Part shown: positions 1 through 12,600 of the stretch, in pieces | Position numbering within the stretch: the stretch's first letter is position 1 | How the letters are laid out: every line of letters begins with the position of its first letter | NCBI GenBank assembly: GCA_964057225.1 | Contig: OZ059894.1 | Location: forward strand, 24,614,001-24,678,000 | Origin: Auanema rhodensis | Lineage: Eukaryota; Animalia; Nematoda | Direction: 5' to 3' | Length of the DNA stretch: 64,000 nucleotides | Translations under genes and position numbers: made by a program | Notes under the pieces: generated by a model | The model's database searches: none | What the model was told of the DNA's origin: nothing | What the model saw: only the letters and a program-made list of their open reading frames with translations

Positions 1-176
1 TTCACGTGAAAGATAAAGAGATGCGGTTTTCAAAATTAGATTCCCCATGTCCATATTAGTCTAAAAACAAATTTTTATTGATATTGGTTCATGGTAACCA
101 TGACTTTGAAATTTACGTGAACTTTAATTTATGCTAATTAAATGTACACGTGATGTGCACTTGGTATGTAACTCGC
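1..176 (+). repeat. Representative consensus monomer (T89 allele)
   Basis: First full period; it matches the majority base at all positions except the dimorphic site 89 (T/G). Confidence 0.97.
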
Positions 177-528
177 TTCACTTGAAAGATAAAGAGATGC
201 GGTTTTCAAAATTAGATTCCCCATGTCCATATTAGTCTAAAAACAAATTTTTAACGATATTGGTTCATGGTAACCATGACTTTGAAATTTACGTGAACTT
301 TAATTTATGCTAATTAAATGTACACGTGATGTGCACTTGGTATGTAACTCGCTTCACGTGAAAGATAAAGAGATGCGGTTTTCAAAATTAGATTCCCCAT
401 GTCCATATTAGTCTAAAAACAAATTTTTACTGATATTGGTGCATGGTAACCATGACTTTGAAATTTACGTGAACTTTAATTTATGCTAATTAAATGTACA
501 CGTGATGTGCTCTTGGTATGTAACTCGC

Positions 529-2464
529 TTCACGTGAAAGATAAAGAGATGCGGTTTTCAAAATTAGATTCCCCATGTCCATATTAGTCTAAAAACAAAT
601 TTTTATTGATGTTGGTTCATGGTAACCATGACTTTGAAATTTACGTGAACTTTAATTTATGCTAATTAAATGTACACGTGATGTGCACTTGGTATGTAAC
701 TCGCTTCACGTGAAAGATAAAGAGATGCGGTTTTCAAAATTAGATTCCCCATGTCCATATTAGTCTAAAAACAAATTTTTATTGATATTGGTTCTCGGTA
801 ACCATGACTTTGAAATTTACGTGAACTTTAATTTATGCTAATTAAATGTACACGTGATGTGCACTTGGTATGTAACTCGCTTCACGTGAAAGATAAAGAG
901 ATGCAGTTTTCAAAATTAGATTCCCCATCTCCATATTAGTCTAAAAACAAATTTTTATTGATATTGGTGCATGGTAACCATGACTTTGAAATTTACGTGA
1001 ACTTTAATTTATGCTAATTAAATGTACACGTGATGTGCACTTGGTATGTAACTCGCTTCACGTGAAAGATAAAGAGATGCGGTTTTCAAAATTAGATTCC
1101 CCATGTCCATATTAGTCTAAAAACAAATTTTTAACGATATTGGTTCATGGTAACCATGACTTTGAAATTTACGTGAACTTTAATTTATGCTAATTAAATG
1201 TACACGTGATGTGCACTTGGTATGTAACTCGCTTCACGTGAAAGATAAAGAGATGCGGTTTTCAAAATTAGATTCCCCATGTCCATATTAGTCTAAAAAC
1301 AAATTTTTATTGATATTGGTGCATGGTAACCATGACTTTGAAATTTACGTGAACTTTAATTTATGCTAATTAAATGTACACGTGATGTGCCCTTGGTATG
1401 TAACTCGCTTCACGTGAAAGATAAAGAGATGCGGTTTTCAAAATGAGATTCCTCATGTCCATATTAGTCTAAAAACAAATTTTTAGTGATATTGGTGCAT
1501 GGTAACCATGACTTTGAAATTTACGTGAACTTTAATTTATGCTAATTAAATGTACACGTGATGTGCACTTGGTATGTAACTCGCTTCACGTGAAAGATAA
1601 AGAGATGCGGTTTTCAAAATTAGATTCCCCATGTCCATATTAGTCTAAAAACAAATTTTTATTGATATTGGTGCATGGTAACCATGACTTTGAAATTTAC
1701 GTGAACTTTAATTTATGCTAATTAAATGTACACAAGATGTGCACTTGGTATGTAACTCGCTTCACGTGAAAGATAAAGAGATGCGGTTTTCAAAATTAGA
1801 TTCCCCATGTCCATATTAGTCTAAAAACAAATTTTTATTGATATTGGTGCATGGTAACCATGACTTTGAAATTTACGTGAACTTTAATTTATGCTAATTA
1901 AATGTACACGTGATGTGCACTTGGTATGTAACTCGCTTCACGTGAAAGATAAAGAGATGCGGTTTTCAAAATTAGATTCCCCATGTCCATATTAGTCTAA
2001 AAACAAATTTTTATTGATGTTGGTTCATGGTAACCATGACTTTGAAATTTACGTGAACTTTAATTTATGCTAATTAAATGTACACGTGATGTGCACTTGG
2101 TATGTAACTCGCTTCACGTGAAAGATAAAGAGATGCGGTTTTCAAAATTAGATTCCCCATGTCCATATTAGTCTAAAAACAAATTTTTATTGATATTGGT
2201 TCTCGGTAACCATGACTTTGAAATTTACGTGAACTTTAATTTATGCTAATTAAATGTACACGTGATGTGCACTTGGTATGTAACTCGCTTCACGTGAAAG
2301 ATAAAGAGATGCAGTTTTCAAAATTAGATTCCCCATCTCCATATTAGTCTAAAAACAAATTTTTATTGATATTGGTGCATGGTAACCATGACTTTGAAAT
2401 TTACGTGAACTTTAATTTATGCTAATTAAATGTACACGTGATGTGCACTTGGTATGTAACTCGC
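529..2464. repeat. Three-monomer block repeated at 8-monomer (1408 bp) spacing
   Basis: Shared private variants GATGTTGG (611/2019), GTTCTCGG (791/2199), ATGCAGTT (901/2309) and CCATCTCC, all offset by 1408. Boundaries approximate. Confidence 0.85.
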
Positions 2465-4224
2465 TTCACGTGAAAGATAAAGAGATGCGGTTTTCAAAAT
2501 TAGATTCCCCATGTCCATATTAGTCTAAAAACAAATTTTTATTGATATTGGTTCATGGTAACCATGACTTTGAAATTTACGTGAACTTTAATTTATGCTA
2601 ATTAAATGTACACGCGATGTGCACTTGGTATGTAACTCGCTTCACGTGAAAGATAAAGAGATGCGGTTTTCAAAATTAGATTCCCCATGTCCATATTAGT
2701 CTAAAAACAAATTTTTATTGATATTGGTTCATGGTAACCATGACTTTGAAATTTACGTGAACTTTAATTTATGCTAATTAAATGTACACGTGATGTGCAC
2801 TTGGTATGTAACTCGCTTCACGTGAAAGATAAAGAGATGCGGTTTTCAAAATTAGATTCCCCATGTCCATATTAGTCTAAAAACTAATTTTTATTGATAT
2901 TGGTTTATGGTAACCATGACTTTGAAATTTACGTGAACTTTAATTTATGCTAATTAAATGTACACGTGATGTGCACTTGGTATGTAACTCGCTTCACGTG
3001 AAAGATAAAGAGATGCGGTTTTCAAAATTAGATTCCCCATGTCCATATTAGTCTAAAAACAAATTTTTATTGATATTGGTTCATGGTAACCATGACTTTG
3101 AAATTTACGTGAACTTTAATTTATGCTAATTAAATGTACACGTGATGTGCACTTGGTATGTAACTCGCTTCACGTGAAAGATAAAGAGATGCGGTTTTCA
3201 AAATTAGATTTCCCATGTCCATATTAGTCTAAAAACAAATTTTTATTGATATTGGTTCATGGTAACCATGACTTTGAAATTTACGTGAACTTTAATTTAT
3301 GCTAATTAAATGTACACGTGATGTGCACTTGGTATGTAACTCGCTTCACGTGAAAGATAAAGAGATGCGGTTTTCAAAATTAGATTCCCCATGTCCATAT
3401 TAGTCTAAAAACAAATTTTTATTGATATTGGTTCATGGTAACCATGACTTTGAAATTTACGTGAACTTTAATTTATGCTAATTAAATGTACACGCGATGT
3501 GCACTTGGTATGTAACTCGCTTCACGTGAAAGATAAAGAGATGCGGTTTTCAAAATTAGATTCCCCATGTCCATATTAGTCTAAAAACAAATTTTTATTG
3601 ATATTGGTTCATGGTAACCATGACTTTGAAATTTACGTGAACTTTAATTTATGCTAATTAAATGTACACGTGATGTGCACTTGGTATGTAACTCGCTTCA
3701 CGTGAAAGATAAAGAGATGCGGTTTTCAAAATTAGATTCCCCATGTCCATATTAGTCTAAAAACTAATTTTTATTGATATTGGTTTATGGTAACCATGAC
3801 TTTGAAATTTACGTGAACTTTAATTTATGCTAATTAAATGTACACGTGATGTGCACTTGGTATGTAACTCGCTTCACGTGAAAGATAAAGAGATGCGGTT
3901 TTCAAAATTAGATTCCCCATGTCCATATTAGTCTAAAAACAAATTTTTATTGATATTGGTTCATGGTAACCATGACTTTGAAATTTACGTGAACTTTAAT
4001 TTATGCTAATTAAATGTACACGTGATGTGCACTTGGTATGTAACTCGCTTCACGTGAAAGATAAAGAGATGCGGTTTTCAAAATTAGATTTCCCATGTCC
4101 ATATTAGTCTAAAAACAAATTTTTATTGATATTGGTTCATGGTAACCATGACTTTGAAATTTACGTGAACTTTAATTTATGCTAATTAAATGTACACGTG
4201 ATGTGCACTTGGTATGTAACTCGC
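2465..4224. repeat. 5-mer (880 bp) tandem duplication
   Basis: CACGCGAT at 2611/3491, AAACTAATTT at 2881/3761 and TTTCCCATG near 3211/4091, all offset by 880. Confidence 0.9.
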
Positions 4225-6512
4225 TTCACGTGAAAGATAAAGAGATGCGGTTTTCAAAATTAGATTCCCCATGTCCATATTAGTCTAAAAACAAATTTTT
4301 ACTGATATTGGTGCATGGTAACCATGACTTTGAAATTTACGTGAACTTTAATTTATGCTAATTAAATGTACACGTGATGTGCACTTGGTATGTAACTCGC
4401 TTCACGTGAAAGATAAAGAGATGCGGTTTTCAAAATTAGATTCCCCATGTCCATATTAGTCTAAAAACAAATTTTTATTGATATTGGTTCATGGTAACCA
4501 TGACTTTGAAATTTACGTGCACTTTAATTTATGCTAATTAAATGTACACGTGATGTGCACTTGGTATGTAACTCGCTTCACGTGAAAGATAAAGAGATGC
4601 GGTTTTCAAAATTAGATTCCCCATGTCCATATTAGTCTAAAAACAAATTTTTATTGATATTGGTTTATGGTAACCATGACTTTGAAATTTACGTGAACTT
4701 TAATTTATGCTAATTAAATGTACACGTGATGTGCACTTGGTATGTAACTCGCTTCACTTGAAAGATAAAGAGATGCGGTTTTCAAAATTAGATTCCCCAT
4801 GTCCATATTAGTCTAAAAACAAATTTTTACTGATATTGGTGCATGGTAACCATGACTTTGAAATTTACGTGAACTTTAATTTATGCTAATTAAATGTACA
4901 CGTGATGTGCACTTGGTATGTAACTCGCTTCACGTGAAAGATAAAGAGATGCGGTTTTCAAAATTAGATTCCCCATGTCCATATTAGTCTAAAAACAAAT
5001 TTTTATTGATATTGGTTCATGGTAACCATGACTTTGAAATTTACGTGCACTTTAATTTATGCTAATTAAATGTACACGTGATGTGCACTTGGTATGTAAC
5101 TCGCTTCACGTGAAAGATAAAGAGATGCGGTTTTCAAAATTAGATTCCCCATGTCCATATTAGTCTAAAAACAAATTTTTATTGATATTGGTTTATGGTA
5201 ACCATGACTTTGAAATTTACGTGAACTTTAATTTATGCTAATTAAATGTACACGTGATGTGCACTTGGTATGTAACTCGCTTCACTTGAAAGATAAAGAG
5301 ATGCGGTTTTCAAAATTAGATTCCCCATGTCCATATTAGTCTAAAAACAAATTTTTAACGATATTGGTTCATGGTAACCATGACTTTGAAATTTACGTGA
5401 ACTTTAATTTATGCTAATTAAATGTACACGTGATGTGCACTTGGTATGTAACTCGCTTCACGTGAAAGATAAAGAGATGCGGTTTTCAAAATTAGATTCC
5501 CCATGTCCATATTAGTCTAAAAACAAATTTTTACTGATATTGGTGCATGGTAACCATGACTTTGAAATTTACGTGAACTTTAATTTATGCTAATTAAATG
5601 TACACGTGATGTGCACTTGGTATGTAACTCGCTTCACGTGAAAGATAAAGAGATGCGGTTTTCAAAATTAGATTCCCCATGTCCATATTAGTCTAAAAAC
5701 AAATTTTTATTGATATTGGTTCATGGTAACCATGACTTTGAAATTTACGTGCACTTTAATTTATGCTAATTAAATGTACACGTGATGTGCACTTGGTATG
5801 TAACTCGCTTCACGTGAAAGATAAAGAGATGCGGTTTTCAAAATTAGATTCCCCATGTCCATATTAGTCTAAAAACAAATTTTTATTGATATTGGTTTAT
5901 GGTAACCATGACTTTGAAATTTACGTGAACTTTAATTTATGCTAATTAAATGTACACGTGATGTGCACTTGGTATGTAACTCGCTTCACTTGAAAGATAA
6001 AGAGATGCGGTTTTCAAAATTAGATTCCCCATGTCCATATTAGTCTAAAAACAAATTTTTACTGATATTGGTGCATGGTAACCATGACTTTGAAATTTAC
6101 GTGAACTTTAATTTATGCTAATTAAATGTACACGTGATGTGCACTTGGTATGTAACTCGCTTCACGTGAAAGATAAAGAGATGCGGTTTTCAAAATTAGA
6201 TTCCCCATGTCCATATTAGTCTAAAAACAAATTTTTATTGATATTGGTTCATGGTAACCATGACTTTGAAATTTACGTGCACTTTAATTTATGCTAATTA
6301 AATGTACACGTGATGTGCACTTGGTATGTAACTCGCTTCACGTGAAAGATAAAGAGATGCGGTTTTCAAAATTAGATTCCCCATGTCCATATTAGTCTAA
6401 AAACAAATTTTTATTGATATTGGTTTATGGTAACCATGACTTTGAAATTTACGTGAACTTTAATTTATGCTAATTAAATGTACACGTGATGTGCACTTGG
6501 TATGTAACTCGC
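4225..6512. repeat. 3-mer higher-order repeat nested in a 7-mer (1232 bp) period
   Basis: The A120C variant (ACGTGCACTTT) lies at 4520, 5048, 5752 and 6280 (spacings 528, 704, 528), linked with TTACTGAT and GGTTTATGG variants. Confidence 0.85.
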
Positions 6513-9500
6513 TTCACGTGAAAGATAAAGAGATGCGGTTTTCAAAATTAGATTCCCCATGTCCATATTAGTCTAAAAACAAATTTTTATTGATATTGGT
6601 GCATGGTAACCATGACTTTGAAATTTACGTGAACTTTAATTTATGCTAATTAAATGTACACGTGATGTGCACTTGGTATGTAACTCGCTTCACTTGAAAG
6701 ATAAAGAGATGCGGTTTTCAAAATTAGATTCCCCATGTCCATATTAGTCTAAAAACAAATTTTTATTGATATTGGTTCATGGTAACCATGACTTTGAAAT
6801 TTACGTGAACTTTAATTTATTCTTATTAAATGTACACGTGATGTGCACTTGGTATGTAACTCGCTTCACGTGAAAGATAAAGAGATGCGGTTTTCAAAAT
6901 TAGATTCCCCATGTCCATATTAGTCTAAAAACAAATTTTTATTGATATTGGTGCATGGTAACCATGACTTTGAAATTTACGTGAACTTTAATTAATGCTA
7001 ATTAAATGTACACGTGATGTGCACTTGGTATGTAACTCGCTTCACATGAAAGATAAAGAGATGCGGTTTTCAAAATTAGATTCCCCATGTCCATTTTAGT
7101 CTAAAAACAAATTTTTATTGATATTGGTTCATGGTAACCATGACTTTGAAATTTACGTGAACTTTAATTTATGCTAATTAAATGTACACGTGATGTGCAC
7201 TTGGTATGTAACTCGCTTCACGTGAAAGATAAAGAGATGCGGTTTTCAAAATTAGATTCCCCATGTCCATATTAGTCTAAAAACAAATTTTTATTGATAT
7301 TGGTTTATGGTAACCATGACTTTGAAATTTACGTGAACTTTAATTTATGCTAATTAAATGTACACGTGATGTGCACTTGGTATGTAACTCGCTTCACGTG
7401 AAAGATAAAGAGATGCGGTTTTCAAAATTAGATTCCCCATGTCCATATTAGTCTAAAAACAAATTTTTATTGATATTGGTGCATGGTAACCATGACTTTG
7501 AAATTTACGTGAACTTTAATTTATGCTAATTAAATGTACACGTGATGTGCACTTGGTATGTAACTCGCTTCACTTGAAAGATAAAGAGATGCGGTTTTCA
7601 AAATTAGATTCCCCATGTCCATATTAGTCTAAAAACAAATTTTTATTGATATTGGTTCATGGTAACCATGACTTTGAAATTTACGTGAACTTTAATTTAT
7701 GCTAATTAAATGTACACGTGATGTGCACTTGGTATGTAACTCGCTTCACGTGAAAGATAAAGAGATGCGGTTTTCAAAATTAGATTCCCCATGTCCATAT
7801 TAGTCTAAAAACAAATTTTTATTGATATTGGTGCATGGTAACCATGACTTTGAAATTTACGTGAACTTTAATTTATGCTAATTAAATGTACACGTGATGT
7901 GCACTTGGTATGTAACTCGCTTCACGTGAAAGATAAAGAGATGCGGTTTTCAAAATTAGATTCCCCATGTCCATATTAGTCTAAAAACACATTTTTATTG
8001 ATATTGGTGCATGGTAACCATGACTTTGAAATTTACGTGAACTTTAATTTATGCTAATTAAATGTACACGTGATGTGCACTTGGTATGTAACTCGCTTCA
8101 CGTGAAAGATAAAGAGATGCGGTTTTCAAAATTAGATTCCCCATGTCCATATTAGTCTAAAAACAAATTTTTATTGATATTGGTTCATGGTAACCATGAC
8201 TTTGAAATTTACGTGAACTTTAATTTATGCTAATTAAATGTACACGCGATGTGCACTTGGTATGTAACTCGCTTCACGTGAAAGATAAAGAGATGCGGTT
8301 TTCAAAATTAGATTCCCCATGTCCATATTAGTCTAAAAACAAATTTTTATTGATATTGGTTCATGGTAACCATGACTTTGAAATTTACGTGAACTTTAAT
8401 TTATGCTAATTAAATGTACACGTGATGTGCACTTGGTATGTAACTCGCTTCACGTGAAAGATAAAGAGATGCGGTTTTCAAAATTAGATTCCCCATGTCC
8501 ATATTAGTCTAAAAACTAATTTTTATTGATATTGGTTTATGGTAACCATGACTTTGAAATTTACGTGAACTTTAATTTATGCTAATTAAATGTACACGTG
8601 ATGTGCACTTGGTATGTAACTCGCTTCACGTGAAAGATAAAGAGATGCGGTTTTCAAAATTAGATTCCCCATGTCCATATTAGTCTAAAAACAAATTTTT
8701 ATTGATATTGGTGCATGGTAACCATGACTTTGAAATTTACGTGAACTTTAATTTATGCTAATTAAATGTACACGTGATGTGCACTTGGTATGTAACTCGC
8801 TTCACTTGAAAGATAAAGAGATGCGGTTTTCAAAATTAGATTCCCCATGTCCATATTAGTCTAAAAACAAATTTTTATTGATATTGGTTCATGATAACCA
8901 TGACTTTGAAATTTACGTGAACTTTAATTTATTCTTATTAAATGTACACGTGATGTGCACTTGGTATGTAACTCGCTTCACGTGAAAGATAAAGAGATGC
9001 GGTTTTCAAAATTAGATTCCCCATGTCCATATTAGTCTAAAAACAAATTTTTATTGATATTGGTGCATGGTAACCATGACTTTGAAATTTACGTGAACTT
9101 TAATTAATGCTAATTAAATGTACACGTGATGTGCACTTGGTATGTAACTCGCTTCACATGAAAGATAAAGAGATGCGGTTTTCAAAATTAGATTCCCCAT
9201 GTCCATTTTAGTCTAAAAACAAATTTTTATTGATATTGGTTCATGGTAACCATGACTTTGAAATTTACGTGAACTTTAATTTATGCTAATTAAATGTACA
9301 CGTGATGTGCACTTGGTATGTAACTCGCTTCACGTGAAAGATAAAGAGATGCGGTTTTCAAAATTAGATTCCCCATGTCCATATTAGTCTAAAAACAAAT
9401 TTTTATTGATATTGGTTTATGGTAACCATGACTTTGAAATTTACGTGAACTTTAATTTATGCTAATTAAATGTACACGTGATGTGCACTTGGTATGTAAC

Positions 9501-9680
9501 TCGCTTCACGTGAAAGATAAAGAGATGCGGTTTTCAAAATTAGATTCCCCATGTCCATATTAGTCTAAAAACAAATTTTTATTGATATTGGTGCATGGTA
9601 ACCATGACTTTGAAATTTACGTGAACTTTAATTTATGCTAATTAAATGTACACGTGATGTGCACTTGGTATGTAACTCGC
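6513..9680. repeat. Block duplicated at 12-monomer (2112 bp) spacing
   Basis: ATTCTTATT (6821/8933), ATTAATGC (6991/9103) and CCATTTTAG (7091/9203) are offset by 2112. Boundaries approximate. Confidence 0.85.
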
Positions 9681-12600
9681 TTCACATGAAAGATAAAGAG
9701 ATGCGGTTTTCAAAATTAGATTCCCCATGTCCATATTAGTCTAAAAACAAAGTTTTATTGATATTGGTTCATGGTAACCATGACTTTGAAATTTACGTGA
9801 ACTTTAATTTATGCTAATTAAATGTACACGTGATGTGCACTTGGTATGTAACTCGCTTCACGTGAAAGATAAAGAGATGCGGTTTTCAAAATTAGATTCC
9901 CCATGTCCATATTAGTCTAAAAACAAATTTTTATTGATATTGGTTCATGGTAACCATGACTTTGAAATTTACGTGAACTTTAATTTATGCTAATTAAATG
10001 TACACGTGATGTGCACTTGGTATGTAACTCGCTTCACGTGAAAGATAAAGAGATGCGGTTTTCAAAATTAGATTCCCCATGTCCATATTAGTCTAAAAAC
10101 AAATTTTTATTGATATTGGTTCATGGTAACCATGACTTTGAAATTTACGTGAACTTTAATTTATGCTAATTAAATGTACACGTGATGTGCACTTGGTATG
10201 TAACTCGCTTCACGTGAAAGATAAAGAGATGCGGTTTTCAAAATTAGATTCCCCATGTCCATATTAGTCTAAAAACAAATTTTTATTGATATTGGTGCAT
10301 GGTAACCATGACTTTGAAATTTACGTGAACTTTAATTTATGCTAATTAAATGTACACGTGATGTGCACTTGGTATGTAACTCGCTTCACATGAAAGATAA
10401 AGAGATGCGGTTTTCAAAATTAGATTCCCCATGTCCATATTAGTCTAAAAACAAATTTTTATTGATATTGGTTCATGGTAACCATGACTTTGAAATTTAC
10501 GTGAACTTTAATTTATGCTAATTAAATGTACACGTGATGTGCACTTGGTATGTAACTCGCTTCACGTGAAAGATAAAGAGATGCGGTTTTCAAAATTAGA
10601 TTCCCCATGTCCATATTAGTCTAAAAACAAATTTTTATTGATATTGGTGCATGGTAACCATGACTTTGAAATTTACGTGAACTTTAATTTATGCTAATTA
10701 AATGTACACGTGATGTGCCCTTGGTATGTAACTCGCTTCACGTGAAAGATAAAGAGATGCGGTTTTCAAAATGAGATTCCTCATGTCCATATTAGTCTAA
10801 AAACAAATTTTTAGTGATATTGGTGCATGGTAACCATGACTTTGAAATTTACGTGAACTTTAATTTATGCTAATTAAATGTACACGTGATGTGCACTTGG
10901 TATGTAACTCGCTTCACGTGAAAGATAAAGAGATGCGGTTTTCAAAATTAGATTCCCCATGTCCATATTAGTCTAAAAACAAATTTTTATTGATATTGGT
11001 GCATGGTAACCATGACTTTGAAATTTACGTGAACTTTAATTTATGCTAATTAAATGTACACGTGATGTGCCCTTGGTATGTAACTCGCTTCACGTGAAAG
11101 ATAAAGAGATGCGGTTTTCAAAATGAGATTCCTCATGTCCATATTAGTCTAAAAACAAATTTTTAGTGATATTGGTGCATGGTAACCATGACTTTGAAAT
11201 TTACGTGAACTTTAATTTATGCTAATTAAATGTACACGTGATGTGCACTTGGTATGTAACTCGCTTCACGTGAAAGATAAAGAGATGCGGTTTTCAAAAT
11301 TAGATTCCCCATGTCCATTTTAGTCTAAAAACAAATTTTTATTGATATTGGTTCATGGTAACCATGACTTTGAAATTTACGTGAACTTTAATTTATGCTA
11401 ATTAAATGTACACGTGATGTGCACTTGGTATGTAACTCGCTTCACGTGAAAGATAAAGAGATGCGGTTTTCAAAATTAGATTCCCCATGTCCATATTAGT
11501 CTAAAAACAAATTTTTAGTGATATTGGTGCATGGTAACCATGACTTTGAAATTTACGTGAACTTTAATTTATGCTAATTAAATGTACACGTGATGTGCAC
11601 TTGGTATGTAACTCGCTTCACGTGAAAGATAAAGAGATGCGGTTTTCAAAATGAGATTCCTCATGTCCATATTAGTCTAAAAACAAATTTTTAGTGATAT
11701 TGGTGCATGGTAACCATGACTTTGAAATTTACGTGAACTTTAATTTATGCTAATTAAATGTACACGTGATGTGCACTTGGTATGTAACTCGCTTCACGTG
11801 AAAGATAAAGAGATGCGGTTTTCAAAATTAGATTCCCCATGTCCATATTAGTCTAAAAACAAATTTTTATTGATATTGGTGCATGGTAACCATGACTTTG
11901 AAATTTACGTGAACTTTAATTTATGCTAATTAAATGTACACGTGATGTGCCCTTGGTATGTAACTCGCTTCACGTGAAAGATAAAGAGATGCGGTTTTCA
12001 AAATGAGATTCCTCATGTCCATATTAGTCTAAAAACAAATTTTTAGTGATATTGGTGCATGGTAACCATGACTTTGAAATTTACGTGAACTTTAATTTAT
12101 GCTAATTAAATGTACACGTGATGTGCACTTGGTATGTAACTCGCTTCACGTGAAAGATAAAGAGATGCGGTTTTCAAAATTAGATTCCTCATGTCCATAT
12201 TAGTCTAAAAACAAATTTTTAGTGATATTGGTGCATGGTAACCATGACTTTGAAATTTACGTGAACTTTAATTTATGCTAATTAAATGTACACGTGATGT
12301 GCACTTGGTATGTAACTCGCTTCACGTGAAAGATAAAGAGATGCGGTTTTCAAAATTAGATTCCCCATGTCCATATTAGTCTAAAAACAAATTTTTATTG
12401 ATATTGGTGCATGGTAACCATGACTTTGAAATTTACGTGAACTTTAATTTATGCTAATTAAATGTACACGTGATGTGCCCTTGGTATGTAACTCGCTTCA
12501 CGTGAAAGATAAAGAGATGCGGTTTTCAAAATGAGATTCCTCATGTCCATATTAGTCTAAAAACAAATTTTTAGTGATATTGGTGCATGGTAACCATGAC

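Noticed and set aside
1-176. Identity with human alpha satellite, Arabidopsis CEN178 or Brassica 176-bp CentBr
   Set aside because: Only the length is similar; I recognise no sequence motifs of those families. A database search is needed for any assignment.
1-176. Tandem RNA gene (5S rRNA, tRNA, snRNA, spliced leader) or telomeric repeat
   Set aside because: There are no recognisable conserved RNA sequences, Pol III boxes or short G-rich repeats.
171-190. CENP-B box around ACTCGCTTCACGTG
   Set aside because: It lacks the TTCG-N4-A-N2-CGGG core; no CGGG or CCCG occurs in the consensus.
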